DNA of 64,000 nucleotides from positions 12,670 to 76,669 of IMG/VR virus record IMGVR_UViG_3300031673_000017; one strand, 5' to 3'. The notes below the pieces were generated by a model. It saw nothing but the letters and a program-made list of their open reading frames with translations. It had not been told where the DNA came from and ran no database searches. Of this stretch, positions 8,926-19,105 are shown one piece after another. This stretch comes from a virus (taxonomy: Duplodnaviria > Caudoviricetes). Position 1 is the stretch's first letter, and the number at the start of each line of letters is the position of its first letter. The position numbers were made by a program, and so were the translations under genes.

Positions 8926-11195
8926 TTTAATAAGTCCTCAATATATTTCGTGCTTTCTGGGAAGAATTGTTTTAATTTATTCCCTACTGTTAGTGCCTGT
9001 TGCCCCTGCCCCATTAGTTCAGAGAATAAATCAGCAAATGTTTCATCGCGTCCAGCAGAGCCTTCCTGCAAAAAGTACTTTAAGTCATTTTTAGTAATAT
9101 CATTAGGTGTTAATTTAGCAATATCTTTTTTATATGCTGCTTTGAAAAATTCTGAATCACTATAACTTACTTTTACTGAATGATTAAATCCGTGTCCTGT
9201 TTCATGATTTATAGTGTATTTCAACATTGTTTTAGATGGTTTATCGAATTTTTTTAATTTAGCTGAATACTTAGTTTCACTAATTGTAATGGTTTTGGTA
9301 TTGATGTTGAACATCCCACCAGAGGAGTCCCATGTTGCACCTTCTGACCAACCTCGTGGATGCTTTCCAGCTAATCTCGGATAAACTTCCGTTATCTTAC
9401 TGCCATTTGTATATGAAACTCTGCTATCATTTAATGCTTTTTTAATTTTTTCTGGGTATGAATCTATTGTATCATTTATAATTTTATTAAATTCTTTTGA
9501 AGTTGTTTTAGTCGTAGTTATCCTGACTTTTGATGCTGTTACCGGAGGTGCTGATTTTAGTTGGGCTTGCTTTGTTATCTCAGTTAGATAAACTTTATTA
9601 CCAACTATTTTATCAACTTTGAATGGTGTACCTGCTTTGAAAAGAATTTCTTTTTCGATCCTACCAATTCCAGAATACTCTGCTATATCTCGACCTGATT
9701 TTCCTTTTATCTGTAATATAACGCCTTTTTTGTTGGCGAGTTCAGGGACAAGGCCCTTAGAAAATCCTTCTGCGATTCTTTCATCAGCCGAAGTTGATTG
9801 AAAACTTTTACTATTCCAAATACTGCCCTTTTTAAATTGTTGTAAAAATGCAGTTCTTTTAGATTCATTTCTGAATGCTAATCCACGATACGAAGTTCCA
9901 TTATAACCATTCATTTTCTTAAGAATTTTTTCAACTTTGTTTGCCTCAACCAGTGCATCCGATATAGATGGTAATGGCATATCACTTCTTAAAGACTCTC
10001 CTAATTGTGCTTTAACAACATTTATATGATTATTAAAAGACCAATCTTTTAATATTTTTTCATCTGATGATGTAAGTTTTAACCCCGTTCCTTTTGTTGG
10101 TATTGCTTTAACTTGCATCGGAGGTGCTGGTGCTAAATCAATTCCTTCACGTTTTGCAATTTGTTTTAATGTTAATGGCTTCATATCCTTGCCAACAAAT
10201 TTATCTATGCTTAATCCTTTTCCAGAATCATAAAGCTCTGCTCGTTTCTTCCCAAGAACTTTTACTTGAACTGATTTAGGTTGAGTCTTTAGCCACTGTT
10301 TGTAAGTCATCTTATCTGGAACTGCACCATTCATTGATGCTCGCGTCGCTGGTGGTGGATCTATAATTCCAAATTCTTGCCAAGATGGTGTAATAGGAAT
10401 TACTGTACTTCTACAATTAAAATGTATTGGCGGTCGTGGTCCATCTCCAACATCGAATATTCTACCATCGTAGCCGATACATTCCATGCTTGTTCTATCA
10501 TCTAAAGTAGAAATCCATTGCACTTTTCTAATAATGTCCATATTTTTCTTAAATACTTCTTCTTTGGCTTGATGAACTACATTAGAAACGGCTGTGCGTG
10601 CGATATATTCTGCTTGCTTCCCCTTAAAATTTAATGCCTTATTAATACGTGCTCCAATAGCCGGTAAACTCTCGCCTGTCGCTATGCCAACTTTTATTTG
10701 TTTAGTCATGGCTATTCTTACAGCAGTGGAATACCCTTTCATCCAAGTTCTGAGTTTCTTGCCGTCCATCGGACGCATCGTAACTAAATTTTTCAACACT
10801 TCGCTACTCGGCATTGCCATATCAATGTCAATTGGAACAGTCTTAGATATTAAATCTTTATTCCAGTCAGCCTCGAATTTAGAGATATTAACGAGCCTAT
10901 CAACTAATACATTCTCAGCTTTTACCATGCCAGCAGTTGAAATCTTCTGTGTTGCGGCAAGCATTCTTTTAAGTCGTTGTGCCGGAATTTTATTAATGCT
11001 TCCAAGTGTACTTAGATTTTCAACTCGGCCTAACTCATCTATTAACTTTTTATAGATCTGCGGAAATATTTTCTGTTTAAGAAAACGACTAATGAGTTTA
11101 GCCTCGCCCATCTTTAATTGTTCAAGATAAACTGCATGACGAATATACCGTTGAAGCAACTTTTCATTTACAGTTGGTATGCGAATTTTGGCCAT
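8922..11195 (-). CDS. MuF (SPP1 gp7-like) minor head protein with C-terminal ADP-ribosyltransferase and zinc metallopeptidase domains
   Basis: MuF core WISTLDDRT...C..YDG...PPIHFNCRS; ART triad YRG...STS...EKE; zincin HETGH...YF...ETFADLF. Confidence 0.85.
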   Translation of the reverse strand: MAKIRIPTVNEKLLQRYIRHAVYLEQLKMGEAKLISRFLKQKIFPQIYKKLIDELGRVENLSTLGSINKIPAQRLKRMLAATQKISTAGMVKAENVLVDRLVNISKFEADWNKDLISKTVPIDIDMAMPSSEVLKNLVTMRPMDGKKLRTWMKGYSTAVRIAMTKQIKVGIATGESLPAIGARINKALNFKGKQAEYIARTAVSNVVHQAKEEVFKKNMDIIRKVQWISTLDDRTSMECIGYDGRIFDVGDGPRPPIHFNCRSTVIPITPSWQEFGIIDPPPATRASMNGAVPDKMTYKQWLKTQPKSVQVKVLGKKRAELYDSGKGLSIDKFVGKDMKPLTLKQIAKREGIDLAPAPPMQVKAIPTKGTGLKLTSSDEKILKDWSFNNHINVVKAQLGESLRSDMPLPSISDALVEANKVEKILKKMNGYNGTSYRGLAFRNESKRTAFLQQFKKGSIWNSKSFQSTSADERIAEGFSKGLVPELANKKGVILQIKGKSGRDIAEYSGIGRIEKEILFKAGTPFKVDKIVGNKVYLTEITKQAQLKSAPPVTASKVRITTTKTTSKEFNKIINDTIDSYPEKIKKALNDSRVSYTNGSKITEVYPRLAGKHPRGWSEGATWDSSGGMFNINTKTITISETKYSAKLKKFDKPSKTMLKYTINHETGHGFNHSVKVSYSDSEFFKAAYKKDIAKLTPNDITKNDLKYFLQEGSAGRDETFADLFSELMGQGQQALTVGNKLKQFFPESTKYIEDLLK

Positions 11196-11198
11196 TAC

Positions 11199-11456
11199 TC
11201 ATCCTATTGTTACAATCAAAATCAAAGTTCTAAGTCCATCTTCAAAAATTATAAAGATATACTTCCCAGTGTACTTGAAAACAAAGTCTAAATCCCATAC
11301 TTCAAATTCAAGATTTTTAAATTCTACTTCTTCTCTGCTTCTAAATGGTGACGGAGAATAAACTGATGCTTTAACCGAGTAGTATATTTCATTTTTAGCG
11401 ATGTAAAATAATCTTTGATGGCCTATTTTATCATATTTTATTTGCTCTACTTTCAT
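11199..11456 (-). CDS. Hypothetical protein
   Basis: Tightly packed minus-strand ORF abutting the MuF start. Confidence 0.45.
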   Translation of the reverse strand: MKVEQIKYDKIGHQRLFYIAKNEIYYSVKASVYSPSPFRSREEVEFKNLEFEVWDLDFVFKYTGKYIFIIFEDGLRTLILIVTIG

Positions 11457-11485
11457 CCATACTGCCTGCCACCCATAATAACTAA

Positions 11486-12031
11486 TTATCCAATCATCGG
11501 AGCAGAATCTGCATTTGCAACATTATCTATTTGATCCGATAGTGTTTTTAATGTATCATTATCTACACCACGAATTGCTGAAACTTTTCCATCAACAGCA
11601 TCAACCTTACCATCAACTGTTGAAACTCCTGCGATAGCTGTGTCGACTTTTCCATCAACTGTCGAAACTCCAGCAATGGCTGTATCAACTTTTACATCTA
11701 CGCCATCAACTTTACCATCTACTGCCACAACATCATCTCCTACAGAATCAATGTTGTGTGCGGTAACTGAATATTTTTTAACAACTTTTCCTGATTTTGT
11801 TACACTATCAATTAATACTGTCCACTCACCTTCAACATCAGGTGTGAAAGCTCCATAATAACGACCAGTCGTACCAATCTCTGTCATTACTACATCTGGA
11901 AAATTAATTGCATCGATAGCATGGCCTTCATCATAAATTACCATTGTTACATCCAACAATCCAGTCTGTGCTTTTGTCGCTTGATAAGTTATTTCTATTG
12001 CTTGCCCAATTTTATATAAACCTTGTCCCAT
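11486..12031 (-). CDS. Putative virion protein with VDGKVD coiled-coil repeats
   Basis: Beta-rich N-terminus (YYGAFTPDVEGEWTVLID); 14-aa unit VDTAIAGVSTVDGK twice (42-bp tandem duplication). Confidence 0.55.
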   Translation of the reverse strand: MGQGLYKIGQAIEITYQATKAQTGLLDVTMVIYDEGHAIDAINFPDVVMTEIGTTGRYYGAFTPDVEGEWTVLIDSVTKSGKVVKKYSVTAHNIDSVGDDVVAVDGKVDGVDVKVDTAIAGVSTVDGKVDTAIAGVSTVDGKVDAVDGKVSAIRGVDNDTLKTLSDQIDNVANADSAPMIG

Positions 12032-12056
12032 AATACTTCCTTTCAGCCCATTTATT

Positions 12057-12443
12057 TTAACCTAATTTTGCATCTTGTTCTACTGTTAAAAATTTTGTTC
12101 CATATTTTGAATCCCACATATTTTGTGAGATAACTTCAAATTCCATAAAAATTGGTTTTCCTAACGATCCAGCATCGTAGATATATAAAATTAATGGCCC
12201 CAATATACTCGTATCTGCAACTGTAACAGTTAAAAAATAACATCCAGCACAGTTAGGAATATCTGTCCATGTTCTTATTATAATATCTTGAACAGTTCCA
12301 TTGGCTTTTACAATATAACGCCAATAATACCAACTAAGTAAAGCCCCATAAATAGGATTAAGTGGATCTGTTACCTTAATTTGTTTCGTCAACAAGACAC
12401 CAACTCTTAAAATCTGTTGTGTATTTTGGCGTAACTCTTGCAC
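12057..12443 (-). CDS. Putative structural beta-sandwich protein
   Basis: Coupled between portal and repeat protein; GCYFLTVTVADTSILGPL. Confidence 0.4.
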   Translation of the reverse strand: MQELRQNTQQILRVGVLLTKQIKVTDPLNPIYGALLSWYYWRYIVKANGTVQDIIIRTWTDIPNCAGCYFLTVTVADTSILGPLILYIYDAGSLGKPIFMEFEVISQNMWDSKYGTKFLTVEQDAKLG

Positions 12444-12446
12444 TTA

Positions 12447-13925
12447 CTACTCCTCATCGTCTGGTTCTAATTCTAAATCTTCATCTTCGGTTCCTTGTTC
12501 CAAATCGTCTTCGGGCAATAAGTTTTTTAGGTCGTTTGCGTCTTCAGCTTCTGCTGCTCGTGCTTCTTCTTCAGCTTCCATGTCTAAAGAAAATACACCG
12601 CGTCGTTGTTCTTCCTTTAAGAATCTTTCCCTTGTTATTTCTCCAGCCTGCCTTATTTTTAATAATAAGTCTTTATCTGAATTTCCTATCACCATTGCTT
12701 CAAAATCACTATAAATATTTACATCCATATCTTCATTTGGTTGAATCTTTCGCCACTCACAAGCAAATGTTAATACTTGTTTCATTCCACGCTCTAACGC
12801 TCTAATCCAAGATTGCAGTTGACTGACCGTTCTACTCTCGTCGATACGTTCTGCAGTCGCAGTATTTGGAATAACTTTCATCAACGGCTGATTGCCAAGA
12901 ACACGCATTTTATTTTCTGTGTCTTCAATATCTTTAGCTCCAGCCTCTATAGATTTACCTGTATGCTCAACATACTTTAAATCAGCTTCCTTTTCAGAAG
13001 TTAAAATTGCCTTTGATGGCCCAATGTCTAATGCCCCAGTCTTTACTATTTTATCAGGTAAACCTCTTCCAAATAGGAGACCAAAACGCGAGAATCTTAA
13101 AATATTTTTTTGGTCCGACGAACTTTGCCAATGAGATAAATTCAACCAAGCAAGGTCTATCAACGGTGGCTCTGCAGTCATAAAACCAGTTTTATTTGCA
13201 TAGATAGTCACTAATGGAATTTTATGGAATGAGTATGTTTTTTCAGCTATTCTATCATATTTATCTTCATTATCTGAATCTTGCTTATGAAGTTCAAAAT
13301 TTTCTTTATTGTAAACATTAATGTAATTCGCTTCTATATCACCATAATCTCCATTAGGCTCTACAACAGTTTCTTTAAATCTTATTTGAGTTAATTCGAC
13401 TGATTTAGATATTTTTTCTGATTGCCATCCAATTAAACTTTTTGGTGATATATTTATTAAATAAACACGAACTCCAAGGCGTTTTTCGTCTGCCAATGTT
13501 AATTGTTTACCAGCTTCTATTTCAATCTCACTATGATCAACAAGAATATGTGCTATGCCATATTCAATAAGATTAGTTAAAACCTCTTTGATAAATACAT
13601 CTAATGGCTTATTATTACCATCAACATCATCTTCAAGATATGCAAGCTCTTCTGGCAATTCTGTTAATCTAACAGGATGTGTAAAAGGTTTATTTGATAA
13701 TTTATTTAATGTATCTCTAAAACCATTATATAATATTGAACGCCCAAGTCTTGTATCATATGCAGTTGCACTTTCACAAGTCTCTATAGGAAGCCATGTT
13801 TGGCCAGCTTTACGCATTGCAAGTGTTCCACCAAGAAGATCGTGGATTAATTCCCAAAATTCTGACATAGTTTCATATCCCAAACATGGGACACTTACTG
13901 GAGATTTTTCTTTTTCTTCAGCCAT
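12447..13925 (-). CDS. Portal protein (DUF4055-type)
   Basis: 492 aa; WELIHDLLGGT..MRKAG..WLP..E...Y..RL.RS.LYN and PPLIDLAWLNLSHWQSSSD motifs. Confidence 0.85.
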   Translation of the reverse strand: MAEEKEKSPVSVPCLGYETMSEFWELIHDLLGGTLAMRKAGQTWLPIETCESATAYDTRLGRSILYNGFRDTLNKLSNKPFTHPVRLTELPEELAYLEDDVDGNNKPLDVFIKEVLTNLIEYGIAHILVDHSEIEIEAGKQLTLADEKRLGVRVYLINISPKSLIGWQSEKISKSVELTQIRFKETVVEPNGDYGDIEANYINVYNKENFELHKQDSDNEDKYDRIAEKTYSFHKIPLVTIYANKTGFMTAEPPLIDLAWLNLSHWQSSSDQKNILRFSRFGLLFGRGLPDKIVKTGALDIGPSKAILTSEKEADLKYVEHTGKSIEAGAKDIEDTENKMRVLGNQPLMKVIPNTATAERIDESRTVSQLQSWIRALERGMKQVLTFACEWRKIQPNEDMDVNIYSDFEAMVIGNSDKDLLLKIRQAGEITRERFLKEEQRRGVFSLDMEAEEEARAAEAEDANDLKNLLPEDDLEQGTEDEDLELEPDDEE

Positions 13926-13931
13926 TTATGA

Positions 13932-15296
13932 TTATGCTCCTATGCGTCCTATCGACGTTAGACAATTGTCTGAGTCCATATCTATTCCGATATAATTAAT
14001 TCCAAGTTGTTCTGCAGCAACTAACATCGTTCCACTTCCGCAAAATGGGTCTAAAATTACTTGTTTATTTTCTTCTGTTGATGGCATTTTAATTAATGTT
14101 AAAAGATATTTTATTAAGTCCAACGGTTTAACTGTCGGATGAACATTCCGAACGCAATCTTCTTTTACGCCTTTTATCTTATGCGTCTTAGAATCAAACC
14201 TTTCACATTTCGCACACTCTACAAAACCTCTTAAGCCAGCATCTTTTTCACTTCGTTTTGCTTTTGCACAATAAAAGAATCTTGATGCCCCACGAAATTG
14301 TTCCCGATAAATTTTACCTGGTGTTCCTATACCAAATATTCCATCGCTATGTGTTGTTTTCTTTTCTCCGCCGCATTGACTAAGCTGCCCACTCTGCGAA
14401 TCCATTATGCGAATAGGGCAATCAGGAATACAAGCGTAAACTTCCTGTTCGTTTTTCGTTCCGATGCAAATGCAATCTGGTGAATGGCTTAGAATTATGT
14501 TGGATGGCCAACGTCCTTGATGATGTTGTGGGTTTTCGACCTTTTCACCACTTTTCTTTTCACCAGCATTCCATTGATAGCACCCACTCCTACTTGAACC
14601 AGCCCTACCTTCCACCATTATATCAGTTCCAATTCGGCAACCATCAATATTCAAACCTGCGACGTTCCACTTTTTGGCGTTCTGTGCATAAGTTAAACCC
14701 TTTTCTAATGGCTTCATCGCTACGATGATTGGTTCGTGTGCTGGTTTTAATCCAGTTCCGTATCCTTCCCAAAGTTTTGCGTCGTCTGTTAGTGGTGTTT
14801 CTCCATCTACTAAATGTCCACCATCTTGTTCTGCCTTTTCAGTCCACGGCCTTGGGCTTAGATTTCCACCAGCAGCACCATGACTCGATTCAACCCAAAC
14901 TTTTTCTCGTTCTACGCCAGATTCTTTATCGAGTTGTTTTGAGATATTACAAGATTTCGGAAAACCTTCACCATAAATCCAATCAATGTTGTCTTTGATT
15001 AAAAATCCAGCGTCTTCAATCGCACAAGCTACTCTGTGAGATGTTCGTGTCCCGCCGAAGCAAAGTAAAAAGCTTCCAGGTTTACAAACTCGTAAAACTT
15101 CTTTCCAAAGTTCAACATTGTATGCTATACCTGATGCGTCCCACGCCTTACCCATGAAATTTAATTCGTATGGCGGGTCTGTAACAATTCCATCGAAAAA
15201 ATTATCTGGAAATATCTTGAGTTTTTCTTCACTTTTACCACAAATTATTTGGTTTAATTTAATTTCGTTTTTAATAATCTCGTCTTGCATCGCCAT
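13932..15296 (-). CDS. N6-adenine/N4-cytosine DNA methyltransferase (beta-type order)
   Basis: Catalytic DPPY near N-terminus; HPTVKP and SAM-binding DPFCGSGT near C-terminus. Confidence 0.9.
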   Translation of the reverse strand: MAMQDEIIKNEIKLNQIICGKSEEKLKIFPDNFFDGIVTDPPYELNFMGKAWDASGIAYNVELWKEVLRVCKPGSFLLCFGGTRTSHRVACAIEDAGFLIKDNIDWIYGEGFPKSCNISKQLDKESGVEREKVWVESSHGAAGGNLSPRPWTEKAEQDGGHLVDGETPLTDDAKLWEGYGTGLKPAHEPIIVAMKPLEKGLTYAQNAKKWNVAGLNIDGCRIGTDIMVEGRAGSSRSGCYQWNAGEKKSGEKVENPQHHQGRWPSNIILSHSPDCICIGTKNEQEVYACIPDCPIRIMDSQSGQLSQCGGEKKTTHSDGIFGIGTPGKIYREQFRGASRFFYCAKAKRSEKDAGLRGFVECAKCERFDSKTHKIKGVKEDCVRNVHPTVKPLDLIKYLLTLIKMPSTEENKQVILDPFCGSGTMLVAAEQLGINYIGIDMDSDNCLTSIGRIGA

Positions 15297-15305
15297 GCCT
15301 TTGAG

Positions 15306-15995
15306 TTAATTAATAGTGTTGAGTGATTTTATAAAATTAACAATTGTCTTCGCTGGTAGTACCAGGCCAAACCCGCCCATATAGCCTACAGCACTTCCTA
15401 TGACTTCGCCATTTAAATTAAACACTGGGCCACCTGAACTTCCAGGTTCGATAATTGCATCTGTTGGATATACCCCCATGATAAACGATGGATTAAGTGA
15501 TGTTACTTCTTTACTTATAATGCCTGAAGAAATAGTTTTTAACATTGAATGTGGATTGCTTATTATAAAAATAGCTTCTCCAACTCGTACATCTGCTGAA
15601 AACTTTACTTCTTTTGTGTCCTTTAATGCTAAAGGATTAACCTGTAATATTGCACATTCTTGGCCTAAGTCGGTTTTTACAACTGTTGCTATATATGATT
15701 TGCTTTCATTAACTAAAATAATAATTCTATTTAGCTTTGCGAGATGCCCTGCTGAATAGATATACCCCTTTTCTTTATTAATTACAAATCCTGTCGCACC
15801 GTGAGACTTAATCGATGATATGCCATCATCAGTTGTAAAAGATTCGCTCGCTAATAGTCTTACAACTGAATATTTATGCTCTGCATACAATCTGGGCAGA
15901 TCTTGCAATGATGGGCGTTCTACGAGCTTTGAAGCTAAACTAAAAGATAAGAACATGCACATACATAAAATAAATACTGTAGTTTTAGCTTTCAT
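15306..15995 (-). CDS. Trypsin-like (S1C/HtrA-type, no PDZ) serine protease with signal peptide
   Basis: Hydrophobic N-terminus; ATGFVI, SAGHL, DAIIEPGSSGGPVFNLNGEVIG. Confidence 0.85.
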   Translation of the reverse strand: MKAKTTVFILCMCMFLSFSLASKLVERPSLQDLPRLYAEHKYSVVRLLASESFTTDDGISSIKSHGATGFVINKEKGYIYSAGHLAKLNRIIILVNESKSYIATVVKTDLGQECAILQVNPLALKDTKEVKFSADVRVGEAIFIISNPHSMLKTISSGIISKEVTSLNPSFIMGVYPTDAIIEPGSSGGPVFNLNGEVIGSAVGYMGGFGLVLPAKTIVNFIKSLNTIN

Positions 15996-16620
15996 TGAAT
16001 GTTACATCCTTTAATAAATATAAGTTGCATGATTTAATTATATCGTGATTCCATGTCCACGCATTATGAGAATTATAAATACTTCTACATCTCATATAGA
16101 ATGCTTCATCTAAATTCTTAAGCCCTAACCACTTCTTATAAAATGCTTCTTCTATAACATCTGGAATAGTTTTGTGTGACCTATGATTGCTTTCTTCACA
16201 AATATCAGTTATTAGTAAATTTTTTACACAATCGTTTTGTGAGACTATTTCAAATAACAACCTATGACTACCGTGGCCATACTCTCCACAAGGATTATGG
16301 GTTAAAATAAAATCAGGATTAATGTTTATTACATCTTTTTCTATTTGAGTGTTTATATTACTAACAGCGTCGGTTAAAAGATAATTTGCCCTTCTTGTTG
16401 GTAAAGCGTAAAAATTATTGTCTTCTGATAGACAGCTAACAAGATTTATATTTTCTTGTTTGCATACTTCCTGCAATGCAATCTTACGTCCTGGCCTACC
16501 TCTTGTTGAATCATCACAACAAATTATAAGGTGTTTTTCAAATTCATCGCTTTGAAAAATTGGCCATCCAAAAAGAACTTCGTCATCTGGATGGCAAAAT
16601 ATTCCTAATACTTTTTTCAT
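15985..16620 (-). CDS. PIG-L/LmbE-family deacetylase
   Basis: HPDDE motif and THNPCGEYGHGSH. Confidence 0.85.
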   Translation of the reverse strand: MKKVLGIFCHPDDEVLFGWPIFQSDEFEKHLIICCDDSTRGRPGRKIALQEVCKQENINLVSCLSEDNNFYALPTRRANYLLTDAVSNINTQIEKDVININPDFILTHNPCGEYGHGSHRLLFEIVSQNDCVKNLLITDICEESNHRSHKTIPDVIEEAFYKKWLGLKNLDEAFYMRCRSIYNSHNAWTWNHDIIKSCNLYLLKDVTFNES

Positions 16621-16621
16621 T

Positions 16622-17269
16622 TTATTTCCTAATTAGGATTAGCAAATTAGCTTGACGGTTTTTGAAAAACAATTTATCAGACACTGATAAGATTTGTCCA
16701 TCAGTAAACTTTTTGAACCCGTATTCACGCATTCCAAAACATAGTATTGTTCCTTGCCTAATAATAGGCAACAACTTATCGATATAAAAACTAATTGGCC
16801 AATGAAAACCAATAGCATAGAAACTATATACACAATCAAAAATTGGCATTTGAGACAAGTCGTTCGATGCAGCATCAATACAAAATACTTTATCATTTTG
16901 AATTCCATTAGCAATACAATATTCTTTCGTTGCTGCTAATCTATTATAATAACCGCCGTCAGTTGACGAAGTCCCTGCAATTTGCTTATCCCCGCTATCA
17001 CCGTCGAGCATGTAAAAATTCGTATTCTTCCAAGAAGGGTAATGTTTGAAAAACCCAACACTGACTCTGCCTATACCGCATCCAATTTCTAATATGTTCT
17101 TTGGATTTGTATTAGCCAAAAGTTTTTCGCATATCTTAACTTCTTTTGGATTGTGATACTGCTCCTGCTTACCATTATATTGCAAGCCTACATACTTTAA
17201 ACAGTTATTTGGTATTATTGCTTTCATTCTAATACCTTGTAAAAATAAAATACGAGCGAACACTTCCAT
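16622..17269 (-). CDS. Class I SAM-dependent methyltransferase
   Basis: ILEIGCGIGR motif I; FDCVYSFYAIGFH; true start may be MKAII ~14 codons in. Confidence 0.8.
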   Translation of the reverse strand: MEVFARILFLQGIRMKAIIPNNCLKYVGLQYNGKQEQYHNPKEVKICEKLLANTNPKNILEIGCGIGRVSVGFFKHYPSWKNTNFYMLDGDSGDKQIAGTSSTDGGYYNRLAATKEYCIANGIQNDKVFCIDAASNDLSQMPIFDCVYSFYAIGFHWPISFYIDKLLPIIRQGTILCFGMREYGFKKFTDGQILSVSDKLFFKNRQANLLILIRK

Positions 17270-17819
17270 CGTCTCGATTATCTTCTTTGTACCACATTAA
17301 ATCTAATTCAAGCCACTCACATATTTGTTCTGGATTTATAATAACAGTATGCCCTCTTCTTGGACTCTTACGATGAACGTGTTGTAAAAATAATAGCCCA
17401 TTCTTTTTTAATACTCGACATAACTCTTTAATGCCCATATTAAAATGCTCTTCAGATAATGAATGGTCATACACTTCCCAAGCAAATATTACATCAATAA
17501 AGTTATCAGGAAATGATAGCGTTGCAAAATCATTTTTTACTGCTAATACATGATTAGGGAGTTTACCCATCGCAGTAAATTCATTGCTTAATGAATCTAC
17601 TAAAAATGAACACTCTGCTTTATTATACCAATATAAAGCTCCACCTAATGCTCCACCACCAATGTCAATTGCTATTGTTGGTGCGTTACGTTTGAAATGA
17701 TGCGAGCATACTTTATTGACATCAAAATAGTTGTATTTCTCCATTACATGTTCTAAATAAAAATTATCTGGATGTGCTGTCCAGTATTGTAATTCGAAAT
17801 TTTTAGACCAATCGTTCAT
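17229..17819 (-). CDS. Class I SAM-dependent methyltransferase
   Basis: AIDIGGG, LSFPDNFIDVIFAWEVYDH, ELCRVLKKNG. Confidence 0.8.
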   Translation of the reverse strand: MNDWSKNFELQYWTAHPDNFYLEHVMEKYNYFDVNKVCSHHFKRNAPTIAIDIGGGALGGALYWYNKAECSFLVDSLSNEFTAMGKLPNHVLAVKNDFATLSFPDNFIDVIFAWEVYDHSLSEEHFNMGIKELCRVLKKNGLLFLQHVHRKSPRRGHTVIINPEQICEWLELDLMWYKEDNRDDGSVRSYFIFTRY

Positions 17820-18519
17820 GATATTCCTTAACTACTTGATGCCCACAATGTAAAACAATTGGCTTTTGATGCATATTATTTATGTCTTCAAGACAAACGC
17901 ACCACGGATAAGGAAGCGGATATGGAACAAAGCCAGTCCTCTCTATAGTCTTCCATAAAAGCATTGGCATTCGCATAGGTGTTTGTTTTGAAATTTCACA
18001 ATATATATCTATAAATTCTTTAACTCCAGACTTACCCCAATTAATTTTGTTAACAAACATAATCGCACAATTCCAAGCAGTTGCTGAATAAAGTTCTGCG
18101 TTCCTTTCGTTTGCAGGGACATCAGAACCTATCTTAGCATCTACACCAACAAAACATCTTGGATTAATTGGTAAACATAAGTTAAATCGATCAGCAAGTT
18201 CAAACCCTTCAAACACTCGCGAATCAACAATTCGCATGTCATCGTCTAAGAAAAGAATTGATGAATAATTTACTAAGGTCAATCCATAAATTTGATAAAA
18301 GTTTTTGTTTCTATTCCCATATCGTGGATGTCCTATCCACATTGGCTCAACTTTTAAGAACTTAACATTATCATTGCCATACCTTAAGCTTTTATAGAAA
18401 TCAGGAAAGTCACATAGAACTGAAATTGGAAGATCTGTAAATTTCCTAATATTACAGATAAGCCCATCAAGTTCTGCTACCCTATTATTAAAACAAGCTG
18501 TTACGATTCCTCTACTCAT
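17803..18519 (-). CDS. GT-A fold glycosyltransferase
   Basis: ILFLDDD DxD motif, WNCAIMF, C-terminal IVLH. Confidence 0.65.
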   Translation of the reverse strand: MSRGIVTACFNNRVAELDGLICNIRKFTDLPISVLCDFPDFYKSLRYGNDNVKFLKVEPMWIGHPRYGNRNKNFYQIYGLTLVNYSSILFLDDDMRIVDSRVFEGFELADRFNLCLPINPRCFVGVDAKIGSDVPANERNAELYSATAWNCAIMFVNKINWGKSGVKEFIDIYCEISKQTPMRMPMLLWKTIERTGFVPYPLPYPWCVCLEDINNMHQKPIVLHCGHQVVKEYHERLV

Positions 18520-19063
18520 ATTTATATACTCCAGTTATCTGTGCAGTAAATCCACTTGGGTCATCGTCGAATATACAATTCTTGTGTAAACTACCATAAA
18601 AATATTTAGCATGAAATGTTGAAAGAATTCTTTTTGCTTCCGCATATCTTATACGTTCAATATCGTCGAAAATAATAAACCCGTTTGGCTTAATATGTTT
18701 TATGGCTTCTCTTAAACATTCAACTCTATGCCGTCCATCGATAATTATTACGTCGAATTGATTATGCATAGTGCTGCATATACTTTTTACATAATCATCT
18801 ATCGGGCAAATTTGTTTGAAGATTAAACGGAAGTTGTTACAATCAGCCATGTATCCCGAAGTAGTATCAAACCACTTTCGCTGATGCTCGACAGAGTAAA
18901 TAAATTTTACCCTATACGCAAACCATTGCGTCGATGCTCCTGAACCCCATTCAAAAACAACCATATCTTTATTTAGAATCGACTCAATATACTCTTTTGC
19001 TCCTGGCATAAAGCATGGATTTTGTTTTTGAATCATTTTATATTCCTTATAAAGAAGGCCCAC
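18512..19063 (-). CDS. SAM-dependent (O-)methyltransferase
   Basis: VFEWGSGASTQW, SVEH, FDVIIIDGRHR, GFIIFDD. Confidence 0.8.
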   Translation of the reverse strand: MGLLYKEYKMIQKQNPCFMPGAKEYIESILNKDMVVFEWGSGASTQWFAYRVKFIYSVEHQRKWFDTTSGYMADCNNFRLIFKQICPIDDYVKSICSTMHNQFDVIIIDGRHRVECLREAIKHIKPNGFIIFDDIERIRYAEAKRILSTFHAKYFYGSLHKNCIFDDDPSGFTAQITGVYKYE

Positions 19064-19105
19064 CAGTGTTTCGCATTACCATAAATAAGAGGCGTGGTGG
19101 GCATG

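Noticed and set aside
16622-19063. Treating the three small SAM methyltransferases as DNA methylases
   Set aside because: They lack DPPY/NPPY or PC catalytic motifs and are interleaved with glycosyltransferases.
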